Shown in pieces: positions 27,008-35,677 of a stretch of 64,000 bases of DNA. Origin of the DNA: Bacteroidota bacterium (GTDB lineage Bacteria; Bacteroidota; Bacteroidia; Palsa-965). The notes beneath the pieces were generated by a model. It saw only the letters and a program-made list of their open reading frames with translations, was not told the DNA's origin and made no database searches. The stretch is taken from the NCBI GenBank assembly GCA_031412295.1, contig JANOCU010000027.1, positions 897 through 64,896 of the forward strand, read 5' to 3'. The number at the start of each line of letters is the position of its first letter. Position 1 is the first letter of the stretch. Both the position numbers and the translations under genes were made by a program.

Positions 27008-28381
27008 ATGAATCCTTTAAAGAAAATTTTTGTTGCAGCTGTTCTATTCTTGTCACCGTTATTGGTACAAGCGCAAGGCGTAATGGTTGTCGACAAGATC
27101 ATTGGTGTAGTTGGAACGCAGATCGTGAAAGAGTCGGAAGTTCAGAATGCGTATGAACAATTTAAAACCGCCGGCATCCCGATCACGGATAGTGTTACCG
27201 GTGTGGTGTACGATCAGCTGATGTTCAAAAAATTGCTTGTCAGCCAGGCGATCCATGATAGTTTGGATGCAACAGAAGCAGAGATCACCGGCGAAACAGA
27301 TCGCAGGATGCGTTATTTTCTGACGCAGTTTAAATCGGATAAAGATTTCGAAGCGTTCTATGGCAAAACAGTTGAGTCGTTCAAATTCGAGCTGCATGAC
27401 CAGGTGAAAGAATTATTGCTTGCGCAGAAAATGCAATCGGCTATTACTTCCGATATCACGGTTTCTCCTTCGGAAGTAAAAGCATTTTACAACCGCCAGA
27501 AAAAAGACAGCCTTCCGTATATCAATGCGGAGGTAGAGCTCGGGCAAATTGTAATTGTGCCGCCTGTGAATCCGGAGCTGAAAGAATATACGCGTCAAAG
27601 TCTTGAAGAAATTCGCCAGCGTGTGTTGAAAGGCACATTGAAATTCTGCGATGCGGTAAATATTTACACCGAAGATCCGGGCTCAAAAGCAAATTGCGGA
27701 GGTTATGATGATGTGCGCCGCGGGACTTTTGTACCTGAGTTTGACGCCGTATGCTACAGCCTGAAAGAAGGCGAAACCTCCGAAGTTTTTGAAACGGATT
27801 ACGGCTTCCATTTTGTGCAGCTGCTTTCGCGTAAAGGAGAATTGATTTCGATCCGTCACATTTTAAGAACTGTTCCTGCATCACCGGAAGATCTCAGGTC
27901 TTGCAAGATCAGGCTCGATTCTATCCAGGGATTGATTCGCAAAGATTCAATGAGCTTTTGTAAAGCTGCAGCGAAATTCTCCATGGACGACGATACAAAA
28001 TACAACTGCGGACTTTTTATGAATCCTGAAACAGGCATCACCCGCATTGATGTTGACCTGCTCGGCCAGCTCGATCCTGATCCGCAATTTCCTTTGATGG
28101 TAACCCAGATGAAAGTGGGTGCTATGTCGGCGCCACAGCCTTGCATGACACGCGATGGAAAACCGGGTTACCGTATTGTGCTGCTTCGTTCACGCTCCGA
28201 GCCACACCGAGCAAACCTGAAAGACGATTACCAGCTCATCCAGGATATGGCACTGCAGGAAAAACAAAATGCGGCTATTGATGAATGGGTGAAGAAACGT
28301 CTCGCAACTACATACGTGCGCGTGGATGAGTCGTACAAAAAATACAATTTTAATTATCCCTGGCTGGCGTATGTCAAATAA
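27008..28381 (+). CDS. surA: Peptidylprolyl isomerase/chaperone SurA
   Basis: Signal peptide, SurA N-terminal domain, parvulin domain (GFHFVQLLSRKGELISIRHIL). Confidence 0.75.
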   Translation: MNPLKKIFVAAVLFLSPLLVQAQGVMVVDKIIGVVGTQIVKESEVQNAYEQFKTAGIPITDSVTGVVYDQLMFKKLLVSQAIHDSLDATEAEITGETDRRMRYFLTQFKSDKDFEAFYGKTVESFKFELHDQVKELLLAQKMQSAITSDITVSPSEVKAFYNRQKKDSLPYINAEVELGQIVIVPPVNPELKEYTRQSLEEIRQRVLKGTLKFCDAVNIYTEDPGSKANCGGYDDVRRGTFVPEFDAVCYSLKEGETSEVFETDYGFHFVQLLSRKGELISIRHILRTVPASPEDLRSCKIRLDSIQGLIRKDSMSFCKAAAKFSMDDDTKYNCGLFMNPETGITRIDVDLLGQLDPDPQFPLMVTQMKVGAMSAPQPCMTRDGKPGYRIVLLRSRSEPHRANLKDDYQLIQDMALQEKQNAAIDEWVKKRLATTYVRVDESYKKYNFNYPWLAYVK

Positions 28382-28383
28382 CA

Positions 28384-28548
28384 GAAATTGGGAAATTAAA
28401 AAAATCGGGAAATTGGGTAATTGAGTAATTTAGACGGAATGAGTATCGAGTATTTAGTATTGGGTAATGAGACTAAGTTCAAGAATACTAAATAACAGCA
28501 CTAACAATCAATTTCAGTCTCAATACTCAATACACAATACTCAATACC
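28384..28548. repeat. Imperfect inverted repeat built from TGAGTA/TACTCA units (…gagtatcgagtatttagtattgggtaatgagact / agtctcaatactcaatacacaatactcaatacc) plus gggaaatt direct repeats
   Basis: Direct reading of the SurA-MoxR intergenic region. Confidence 0.5.
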
Positions 28549-28571
28549 AAAAAACTAATCACCAGTACTAT

Positions 28572-29534
28572 ATGAACTTTAAATCAGACGTAGAAGCAGT
28601 AGATTTTTTCAGGGAAAAGCATAATAAGCTTCGTGCTGAGATCGGGAAAATAATTGTGGGGCAGGATGATGTGGTGAAAGATGTGCTTATTTCTATTTTC
28701 AGCAATGGCCATTGTTTGCTGGTTGGTGTTCCCGGACTTGCGAAAACGCTTTTGGTAAATACCATTGCGCAATCGCTTGGCCTGAGCTACAACCGCATTC
28801 AGTTTACGCCCGATTTGATGCCGTCTGATATTATCGGAACAGAAATTCTCGATGAGACGCGCCAGTTTAAGTTCATCAAAGGCGCTCTTTTCTCCAATAT
28901 CATTCTTGCGGATGAGATCAACCGTACGCCACCGAAAACACAGTCAGCTTTGCTTGAGGCGATGCAGGAACGTTCGGTTACCGCAGCAGGAAAACGTTAT
29001 GAATTAGCAAAACCATTTTTCGTTTTAGCAACACAAAACCCGATCGAGCAGGAGGGAACATATCCATTGCCTGAAGCGCAGTTGGATCGTTTTATGTTCA
29101 ACGTTATGCTCGATTATCCATCGCTTGAGGAAGAGTTGATGGTGGTAAAGAATACAACTTCCGATCGCAGCGTAAAACTTGAAAAAGTGCTCGACGCCGA
29201 AGAAATTATTTTCCTGCAGGATTTAGTTCGCCGTGTTCCCGTTGCTGATAATGTTTTGGAATACGCTGTAAAGCTGGCAACAAAAACACGTCCTAATACT
29301 GCGACTGCAACGCCTGATGTAAATCGTTTGCTCTCGTGGGGCGCTGGTCCGCGTGCATCACAATACTTAGTGCTGGGCGCAAAATGCCACGCCGTAGTAA
29401 CCGGAAAATATTCTCCCGACATCGAAGACGTACGCGCCGTAGCTGCTCCGATCCTTCGCCATCGCATTGTAAGAAATTACAAAGCCGAAGCGGAAGGCGT
29501 AAGCGTGGAAGAGATCATAAAGAACCTGCTGTAG
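28572..29534 (+). CDS. MoxR-family AAA+ ATPase
   Basis: Walker A GVPGLAKT, Walker B ILADEINR, MoxR signature throughout. It is the internal ATG at 28572 (MNFKSD...) of the listed ORF. Confidence 0.9.
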   Translation: MNFKSDVEAVDFFREKHNKLRAEIGKIIVGQDDVVKDVLISIFSNGHCLLVGVPGLAKTLLVNTIAQSLGLSYNRIQFTPDLMPSDIIGTEILDETRQFKFIKGALFSNIILADEINRTPPKTQSALLEAMQERSVTAAGKRYELAKPFFVLATQNPIEQEGTYPLPEAQLDRFMFNVMLDYPSLEEELMVVKNTTSDRSVKLEKVLDAEEIIFLQDLVRRVPVADNVLEYAVKLATKTRPNTATATPDVNRLLSWGAGPRASQYLVLGAKCHAVVTGKYSPDIEDVRAVAAPILRHRIVRNYKAEAEGVSVEEIIKNLL

Positions 29535-29572
29535 TCACTTCTGCTGACAAGAGGAAAATCTCCTTGCGAGGG

Positions 29573-29782
29573 ATCTGGTAATCTGGTAATCTGGTAACTG
29601 GGTAATTGAAAAAAATAGAAAAATTAAGGGCTGCAGAATTATTCTGCAGCCCTTAATTTTTAAATATGATGTGCGATTGCCTTTCGTGCGTTAATTACCC
29701 AGTTACCAGATTACCAGATTACCAGATTTCAAGTGGGAAGGCCCTTCGTGCGTTAAATTACCAAGTTACCAGATTACCAGAT
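29573..29782. repeat. Dispersed palindromic element, copy 2: left arm (ATCTGGTA)3ACTGGGTAATTG, central terminator hairpin, then the right arm TTAATTACCCAGTTACCAGATTACCAGATTACCAGAT tandemly duplicated together with a CCTTTCGTGCGTTAA module
   Basis: Same arm sequence as 13588..13701. The tandem duplicate unit is about 55 bp. Confidence 0.7.
29609..29665. terminator. Bidirectional terminator: A-rich, then TTAAGGGCTGCAG-aattatt-CTGCAGCCCTTAA, then T5
   Basis: 13-bp perfect stem between convergent genes. Confidence 0.7.
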
Positions 29783-29784
29783 CC

Positions 29785-30579
29785 TTAATTGGCGGCGTGG
29801 TCCCAGGCGTAGGTTTTTTCGGCGACGTTATAGATGAGCGTGCTGGTTCCGGTTTTGTAGGTGACGCTTATTTCGGTGTAGGTGAGTTTCCAGCGGTGCG
29901 AAAGCCAGATGGTGCCGATGGTGGGCATTTTTTCTGTGGGAAGGGAAACATTTAAAACGGTTCCTGTTTTGGCTGCTATAACGGGCGGCTTATTTACGAT
30001 TTTGGTCGTTACCAGATTTCTTCCGTTGGGCGAATAGTACCAGGCGCATTCGGGGCCGTAGAGGATATTTCCGGATGCGTCGGCGTCGGGAAAGGCCCAG
30101 ATGGTGATGCTTAGGTCGAGGTTGACTTTGGCGAATTTTTTCCAGGTGGAAACTTTCATGTTCAGCTTTGCCAATGCTTTGTTTGCATTAAAAAGCGCGC
30201 GACCCATAGAAGCAGCTTGTATGGTATCGAATTTCTTTTTGGAAAGTGTGACCTGGTTTTTGAGGTCGACAATAAAATAGCTTGCTTCTTTGAAACCGGA
30301 TGAATCGACCGTGCCGGCGACAACCTTCCAGCCTTTTTTGTCCTGGTAGCAGATCACATCTTTCTCCGTGTTCATGGCGAAGGACGAGGCTACACGCTGC
30401 CATGCGCTATCGTATTGTAAAAAATACATGGCTTGTAGCTGGTTGGCCTCGAATTTTTTTAATTCAAATCCGGCAGGCAAACCAAATCCCTGTGCACAGA
30501 CAAGAGCCGGCGCGAAAAAAATCAATACAATCAGGGAATTCCGGAAGTAGGATTGTTTCATAGGGAAGGGTCGATGCAC
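29785..30579 (-). CDS. Hypothetical secreted protein
   Basis: Signal peptide (MKQSYFRNSLIVLIFFAPALVCAQ from an internal Met). Confidence 0.45.
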   Translation of the reverse strand: MHRPFPMKQSYFRNSLIVLIFFAPALVCAQGFGLPAGFELKKFEANQLQAMYFLQYDSAWQRVASSFAMNTEKDVICYQDKKGWKVVAGTVDSSGFKEASYFIVDLKNQVTLSKKKFDTIQAASMGRALFNANKALAKLNMKVSTWKKFAKVNLDLSITIWAFPDADASGNILYGPECAWYYSPNGRNLVTTKIVNKPPVIAAKTGTVLNVSLPTEKMPTIGTIWLSHRWKLTYTEISVTYKTGTSTLIYNVAEKTYAWDHAAN

Positions 30580-30660
30580 CCATGAGGCAATAAGTATGCC
30601 GCAGTGGTGTGAAGCAAAGATATAAAAATGGGGATACAGATTCAGCGTAGTGCTGCTAAG

Positions 30661-30810
30661 GAAATGGGAATTAAGTGAATGGTAATTAGGTGATTAGGAA
30701 ATGGGTAATTAGGGGATTAGGAAATTGGGGAGGTTGGAAATTAGGAAATGGGAAAGTAGAAATCAGGAAATAGGAAATGGAATTGGAAAATAGGATTAAA
30801 ATCGGAGTTG
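30661..30810. repeat. About 150 bp with almost no C on the + strand (only 2 C): degenerate GGAAATGG / AATTAGG purine-rich direct repeats
   Basis: Direct reading. The listed 30686..30880 minus-strand ORF falls inside it and is probably spurious. Confidence 0.6.
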
Positions 30811-30858
30811 TTACTGACTGAGGAAATGTATGAAGTAGCCCGGATAGCAACGAAAAGC

Positions 30859-30894
30859 CCCCTGAAGGGACATCCTTCATGTCTCCTTCAGGGG
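30859..30894. other. Strong hairpin (CCCCTGAAGG-GACAT ... ATGTC-t-CCTTCAGGGG, about 15-bp stem) with no flanking U/A tract
   Basis: Direct reading. Sits between two minus-strand genes. Confidence 0.4.
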
Positions 30895-31044
30895 ACTTGC
30901 AGTGAATAGCCGGAAGAAATGTAAAATTGAAATGTAAATGTTTCTGCTCCTGAAAAAATCCTTCAAAACATTAACGGCCAAACGTCGGCGGATAATTTGA
31001 AGAAAAAAAACTGTAGAAGAAGGCGGATTATTTTAATACAACCC

Positions 31045-31064
31045 AAACTATTTTAAAAAATAGT
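31045..31064. other. Perfect 20-bp palindrome AACTATTTTAAAAAATAGTT abutting the stop codon of the Csp-like gene
   Basis: Direct reading. AT-only stem, possibly a weak terminator or a protein-binding site. Confidence 0.35.
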
Positions 31065-31390
31065 TAAAGCACCCTGCATGTTTTTGCACACTCGCGGCAT
31101 GCTTCGGCACAGATGCGGCAATGTTCGATGTACGCATGCTTTTCGCATTCTTGTGCGCAATACAGACAAATTTCTTCGCATTCATCTCTTACCTGGAATG
31201 TATTTTCGGAATCTCTTGCGATAAAACGTGCTGTAAGCTCACACATTTCTGCACAATCCATATTCAATTTGATACACCTGGCAAGTCTGTCAAGGTCGGG
31301 TGAGGCAAGGCAGGCCTGAATGCAGCGATGACAATCTGCAACACACTTTGCGAGAGACTCGATGACCCGTTCATCTCTGATCTTAGCCAT
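31064..31390 (-). CDS. Cys-rich four-helix-bundle copper-binding protein (DUF326 / Csp3-like, cytosolic)
   Basis: 108 aa with 18 Cys in repeated C-x3-C / C-x2-C helical motifs and no signal peptide. Size and pattern match the YhjQ/Csp3 type. Confidence 0.65.
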   Translation of the reverse strand: MAKIRDERVIESLAKCVADCHRCIQACLASPDLDRLARCIKLNMDCAEMCELTARFIARDSENTFQVRDECEEICLYCAQECEKHAYIEHCRICAEACRECAKTCRVL

Positions 31391-31514
31391 AAAAGTGGAT
31401 GTTTAAAAACAAATTATCCCGAAAATTATGCCATAGCGGAATGCTCAGAGATACAGTGGGTTCGGAGGAATTTTAATTTGTAATGAAGAGTTTTATCCAC
31501 AGGGGTACCTCATT

Positions 31515-31553
31515 TTTGAATCATTTTTTCATGCATTTACAACGTATCTTTGC
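31515..31553 (+). promoter_or_regulatory. Candidate promoter for the helicase: TTTG (31515..31518) and -7 TATCTTTG (31546..31553)
   Basis: TAnnTTTG match 22 nt upstream of the start. The spacing to the -33 element is longer than usual. Confidence 0.3.
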
Positions 31554-31575
31554 GCCTTCTTAAATTTACAACCGG

Positions 31576-33249
31576 GTGAATAGTTCAGAGCTTCCTGAAG
31601 CAGCAGAGTACAATAATGAAAAGCAGCTCTATGCTTATCAGCGTAATGCTATTGAAGAAATTTTCAAACGGATCTCGGCTAATTCATCGAAGTATAATTT
31701 GCTTTACCAGTTGCCGACAGGTGGTGGAAAGACAGTTATTTTCTCGGAGCTTGCCCGCAGATATATTGAAGCGACCGGAAAAAAAGTGCTCATTCTTACT
31801 CATCGCGTTGAGCTATGCCGGCAAACTGCGCAGATGCTGCATGAGTTCGGCGTAAACAATAAGGTGATTGACAGCGCGGTGAAAGAAATGCCTGTGCCGA
31901 ATGATTACATGTGTTTTGTGGCAATGGTTGAAACGCTGAACAACCGATTGCGCGATAAAATGCTTGACCTCGACAATATCGGTTTGATGATTGTGGATGA
32001 GGCGCATTATAATTCGTTTGTGAAGCTGCTGCGGTTTTATGAGAAAGGTGTTGTGCTTGGTGTTACTGCTACGCCGCTGAGCTCGAATATTAATATAAGG
32101 ATGAGAGATACATACGATGAGCTGATCGTGGGTGAATCTATTTCTTCATTGATAGAAAGTGGTTTTTTAGCGCGTGCAACAACCTATCATTACCACGTCG
32201 GGCTTACTTCTTTGAAAGTAGGACGAAGCGGCGATTATACAGTAAGCTCTTCGGAACGCCTGTATAATAATCATGTGATGCAGGATAAATTGATTGCTGC
32301 GTACAGGGAAAAAGGCGTTGGTAAAAAAACGCTGATCTTTAATAACGGTATTGCGACTTCGCATTATGTGTATGCCACTTTTCGTGAAGCAGGTTTTGAT
32401 ATCAAACATCTTGATCACACACATACTGCAAAAGAGCGGAAAGATATTTTACAATGGTTCAGGGAAAAGCCGGATGCGATCCTTACTTCGGTGAGCATTC
32501 TTACCACCGGGTTTGATGAGCCATCGCTGGAGTGCATTATTTTAAATCGTGCAACAAAATCGCTCACACTTTATTTCCAGATGATCGGTCGTGGTTCACG
32601 TGTGTTTAAAGATAAGCGTGAATTTACCGTGATCGATCTTGGTAATAATTTAAATCGTTTCGGACTTTGGGATGCGCCGATTGACTGGGCAAGCATTTTC
32701 CGTTCGCCTGAATCTTATTTGTCAACGATTCGCAGTGATGAGGAGATTGAGCATAGCTACAAATATGTGATGCCGGATGAATTGCGTGAGAAATTCGGTA
32801 GGTCTTCGACAGTTGATTTTGATACGAAGGAAGAATATATCACGGCAAAAAATAATGGCGAACGTTCAAAAATGGTGATTGAGAAATCGATTGATCAGCA
32901 TGTGACGATTTGCATGGAGAACAGCGAAGGCATTGATGCAGCATTAGAGCTTGCTGAATTGCTGAAGGAAGAAATTGATTACCGCGTGCGTGTGTATTCG
33001 CGTTGCATCAGCAAATCATCTGAAAGTTATGTGAAGTGGCTGCAGGATGAATACAAACGCAAGCTGAAAATTTCGCTGATCAAAAAGAATCAGAAAAGTG
33101 TAGAAAAAAATTCGGGCGAATCCGAATCCGGAGACGCCCTGTTTTTTGCACGCGAAGATGATGCGGACAAGGATGATGTTGGTGAGGAAGAATTTTTTCC
33201 GGGTGAGGAAGATGAATCAGAAGATAGTGAAGGAACAATCACTGATTAA
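31576..33249 (+). CDS. SF2 DEAD/DEAH-box-type helicase (ResIII + helicase C) with an acidic C-terminal tail
   Basis: Walker A PTGGGKT, DEAH box MIVDEAH, motif VI QMIGRGSR. Asp/Glu-rich tail. Confidence 0.8.
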   Translation: MNSSELPEAAEYNNEKQLYAYQRNAIEEIFKRISANSSKYNLLYQLPTGGGKTVIFSELARRYIEATGKKVLILTHRVELCRQTAQMLHEFGVNNKVIDSAVKEMPVPNDYMCFVAMVETLNNRLRDKMLDLDNIGLMIVDEAHYNSFVKLLRFYEKGVVLGVTATPLSSNINIRMRDTYDELIVGESISSLIESGFLARATTYHYHVGLTSLKVGRSGDYTVSSSERLYNNHVMQDKLIAAYREKGVGKKTLIFNNGIATSHYVYATFREAGFDIKHLDHTHTAKERKDILQWFREKPDAILTSVSILTTGFDEPSLECIILNRATKSLTLYFQMIGRGSRVFKDKREFTVIDLGNNLNRFGLWDAPIDWASIFRSPESYLSTIRSDEEIEHSYKYVMPDELREKFGRSSTVDFDTKEEYITAKNNGERSKMVIEKSIDQHVTICMENSEGIDAALELAELLKEEIDYRVRVYSRCISKSSESYVKWLQDEYKRKLKISLIKKNQKSVEKNSGESESGDALFFAREDDADKDDVGEEEFFPGEEDESEDSEGTITD

Positions 33250-33386
33250 TAGTGACGGTTGATCATTCCGGGATTACGTTTGATATTCTGAACAATTTTC
33301 GCCAGGAAAAATACTATTCCTGCAATCGAAAACATGAAGGCAATGAAAATGCCGATGACGGATAAGAATAGTTTTAGTAAGTCCAT
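33246..33386 (-). CDS. Unlisted 46-aa hydrophobic ORF (MDLLKLFLSVIGIFIAFMFSIAGIVFFLAKIVQNIKRNPGMINRHY); its stop overlaps the helicase stop on the opposite strand
   Basis: Single predicted TM helix with a positively charged C-terminus. Found by reading the gap. Speculative. Confidence 0.25.
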   Translation of the reverse strand: MDLLKLFLSVIGIFIAFMFSIAGIVFFLAKIVQNIKRNPGMINRHY

Positions 33387-33626
33387 GATTTTATGTTTTA
33401 AGTAAAACAGGAGAGAACTGTACGCACCATAATGTACGCGGTGATCGAGGAGCTAAAGCGAAACGAAGAAACAAGAAGTGTTCCGGTAAAGAATTATACG
33501 TTGTAAATCAAAAGCAGTTTCACAAAAACTAGAGTATAATTAAAATAATATTTACATTGCCCCATGCTGCGATGTGCTTAGTGTGTTAGGAATCAGTGAT
33601 AAGTGAAAAGCTGTTTTGTTTTGATT

Positions 33627-34718
33627 TTAGAGGGAATGGAACGAAATAGTGAATTTAGTTCCCTCGTTAATTTTACTTTCTACATCAATTTGTCCGCCTA
33701 AGCTGGTTACGTGACTGTAAACCAGGTAAAGTCCGATGCCTTTGCTATCGACGTGATTGTGGAATTTCTGATGAAGGGAAAATATTTTGTCCTTTACTTT
33801 TTCCATGTCGAACCCCATACCGTTATCGGAAATGATCAGCCTGATTGTTCGATCAGCCTTTTCGGAATAAATGGAAATAACGGGAGCAACGCCGGGCCTT
33901 GTGTATTTGATTGAATTGGTAATTAAATTCAGGAACACACTTTCGAGATGCGACTTATTAAAATTGATTTTATCATTTGCAGAAAAGTCAAAATTAATTG
34001 TGGTGTTTGAAATTTGAATTAACGAGCTGATCGATTGCAAAACATTTTCAAGCGTGGCTGTCATTCCCACTTCTTCAAAATTTGCATGCACTTTATGTTT
34101 TTCGCTGAGCACATCGACATAATTATTCAGCGTATTCTTCAATTTGTCGCCCGCTAATTTTAAAATGGCGATTAATTCAAGTGTATCCTTATCGCTGATT
34201 TTTGAAACGTCGAGCATGCTGAAAAGCGAAAGCAGGTTATTTACCGGCGAGCGCAGATCGTGTGATGTGGTATAGGTTAGCTGCTTCAGATCGTTGTTTA
34301 CTCTTGTGAGATCGGTAAGCAATAAATTTCGTTCTTCTTCCTGCCGTTTTTTGTGCGTCACGTTTTTGGCGATTGCAAAGATCAGGCGATCTGCTTCCAC
34401 GGGAAAGGAGGTCCAGGAGAGCCAGACAATTTCGCCACTTTTTGTGACATACCTGTTTTCGAAATTTAAAAGAGGTTTTGATCTTGTGAGCTCTTCCCTG
34501 AATTTCGAAGTAATTTCTTTGTCGTCCGGGAAAATAAAATCATTGATTGGGCTGGCGTATAATTCTTTCATCGAATAGCCCAGCAACCTTGAAACAGCGG
34601 CATTTACTTTTTTAAAGTACCCGTCAAATCCCGCTATGCATAATAAGTCGGGTGAAATTTCAAAAAACAAATCATATTTAAAATCAGGTATTGTATTTTC
34701 AGGTTGTGCCGGATTCAT
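33627..34718 (-). CDS. PAS-domain sensor histidine kinase (cytoplasmic; HisKA + HATPase_c)
   Basis: H-box TSHDLRSPVNNL and G-boxes DNGMGF / GIGLYL. No adjacent response regulator. Confidence 0.8.
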   Translation of the reverse strand: MNPAQPENTIPDFKYDLFFEISPDLLCIAGFDGYFKKVNAAVSRLLGYSMKELYASPINDFIFPDDKEITSKFREELTRSKPLLNFENRYVTKSGEIVWLSWTSFPVEADRLIFAIAKNVTHKKRQEEERNLLLTDLTRVNNDLKQLTYTTSHDLRSPVNNLLSLFSMLDVSKISDKDTLELIAILKLAGDKLKNTLNNYVDVLSEKHKVHANFEEVGMTATLENVLQSISSLIQISNTTINFDFSANDKINFNKSHLESVFLNLITNSIKYTRPGVAPVISIYSEKADRTIRLIISDNGMGFDMEKVKDKIFSLHQKFHNHVDSKGIGLYLVYSHVTSLGGQIDVESKINEGTKFTISFHSL

Positions 34719-34746
34719 TTAATTTATTGTGTAATGCTTTTCATTT

Positions 34747-35499
34747 TTACATTTCATATTCCGACCAATCGATCTCTTTCGCAAGTGCGGGCTCTTTTTT
34801 TACGAATTCAATAATCGCTTCATTGTTGTGGTGAAAATCGTGCTTTTGTTTTGTGAGGCCTAATTCTTTAAAGGTAACTGTATCTTCTTCAATTTTGTAA
34901 ACAGCGACCATTTGCTGATGTTCCGAAAAATGCGATTCGAAGTTTTTGCTTTCAAAGCCGCCGTTTGTGTTCCAGATTCCTTCAAAAACAAGCAATTCGG
35001 TTCCGGTGGTATTTCCCTGGATAAAAGAGAGTTCACCGAATTTTAAGATTGGCTGAAGCACGATTTCAGGTTGGAGCTTTATATTAAAAAGTGTGGCCGA
35101 ATAAGAAGAGCCGCCGCCAGAATTCAGCAGCGACAGCCAATAACAGTCCGGCGCAGGGTTTCTTATTATTCCGGCCGTGTTGAATTCAAATGTATTGGAG
35201 TATAAAGTATCATGACTTGCATTTTCAACAATGCGGACGGTAGTTGTTACATCACCTTTATGAAGTGCTGAAAAGGATTCATGCGATAGAATCAATTGAT
35301 AACCTTGATTATTGATCTGCATCGGGAAGATTGTATCAATATACGCTTCCGGCATTTCCAGCGTATTTACACTCGTTTGAGATGGATCCGCTGCATTTAA
35401 GGAAAGATTCGTCCTATTTGCGTTTTGCTGGCAGCTGAGTAAGAGTAATAACGGAAAAAAAATGAATACAGGAAGCCTGGTCGTGCCCGGGTTGTGCAT
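34747..35499 (-). CDS. Hypothetical lipoprotein
   Basis: Lipobox LLLSCQ after a signal peptide. Confidence 0.4.
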   Translation of the reverse strand: MHNPGTTRLPVFIFFPLLLLLSCQQNANRTNLSLNAADPSQTSVNTLEMPEAYIDTIFPMQINNQGYQLILSHESFSALHKGDVTTTVRIVENASHDTLYSNTFEFNTAGIIRNPAPDCYWLSLLNSGGGSSYSATLFNIKLQPEIVLQPILKFGELSFIQGNTTGTELLVFEGIWNTNGGFESKNFESHFSEHQQMVAVYKIEEDTVTFKELGLTKQKHDFHHNNEAIIEFVKKEPALAKEIDWSEYEM

Positions 35500-35677
35500 G
35501 ATCGTTGTGCGTGGGTTAGTGGGTTAATTGCAATGATAGGATTGAAGCGCCGGAGGAGCTTGCGCAACGATACTACCGGTGTTATTAAATTGTTAAACGA
35601 GATTTCTGCATGGAGGTTTCGCAACGACCTGAATTTGCCTGAATTAATTTTTTTTTCTTAAAGTAAATAAGCAGGTT

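Noticed and set aside
30686-30880. 64-aa minus-strand ORF rich in P/F/L/S/T
   Set aside because: It is the translation of the cytosine-free, purine-repeat tract. Its amino-acid bias simply mirrors the nucleotide bias, so it is treated as non-coding.
31576-33249. SF2 helicase as part of a defence system
   Set aside because: No nuclease, methyltransferase or other defence partner is adjacent. The ResIII + helicase C layout with an acidic tail is consistent with a housekeeping DEAD/DEAH-type helicase.
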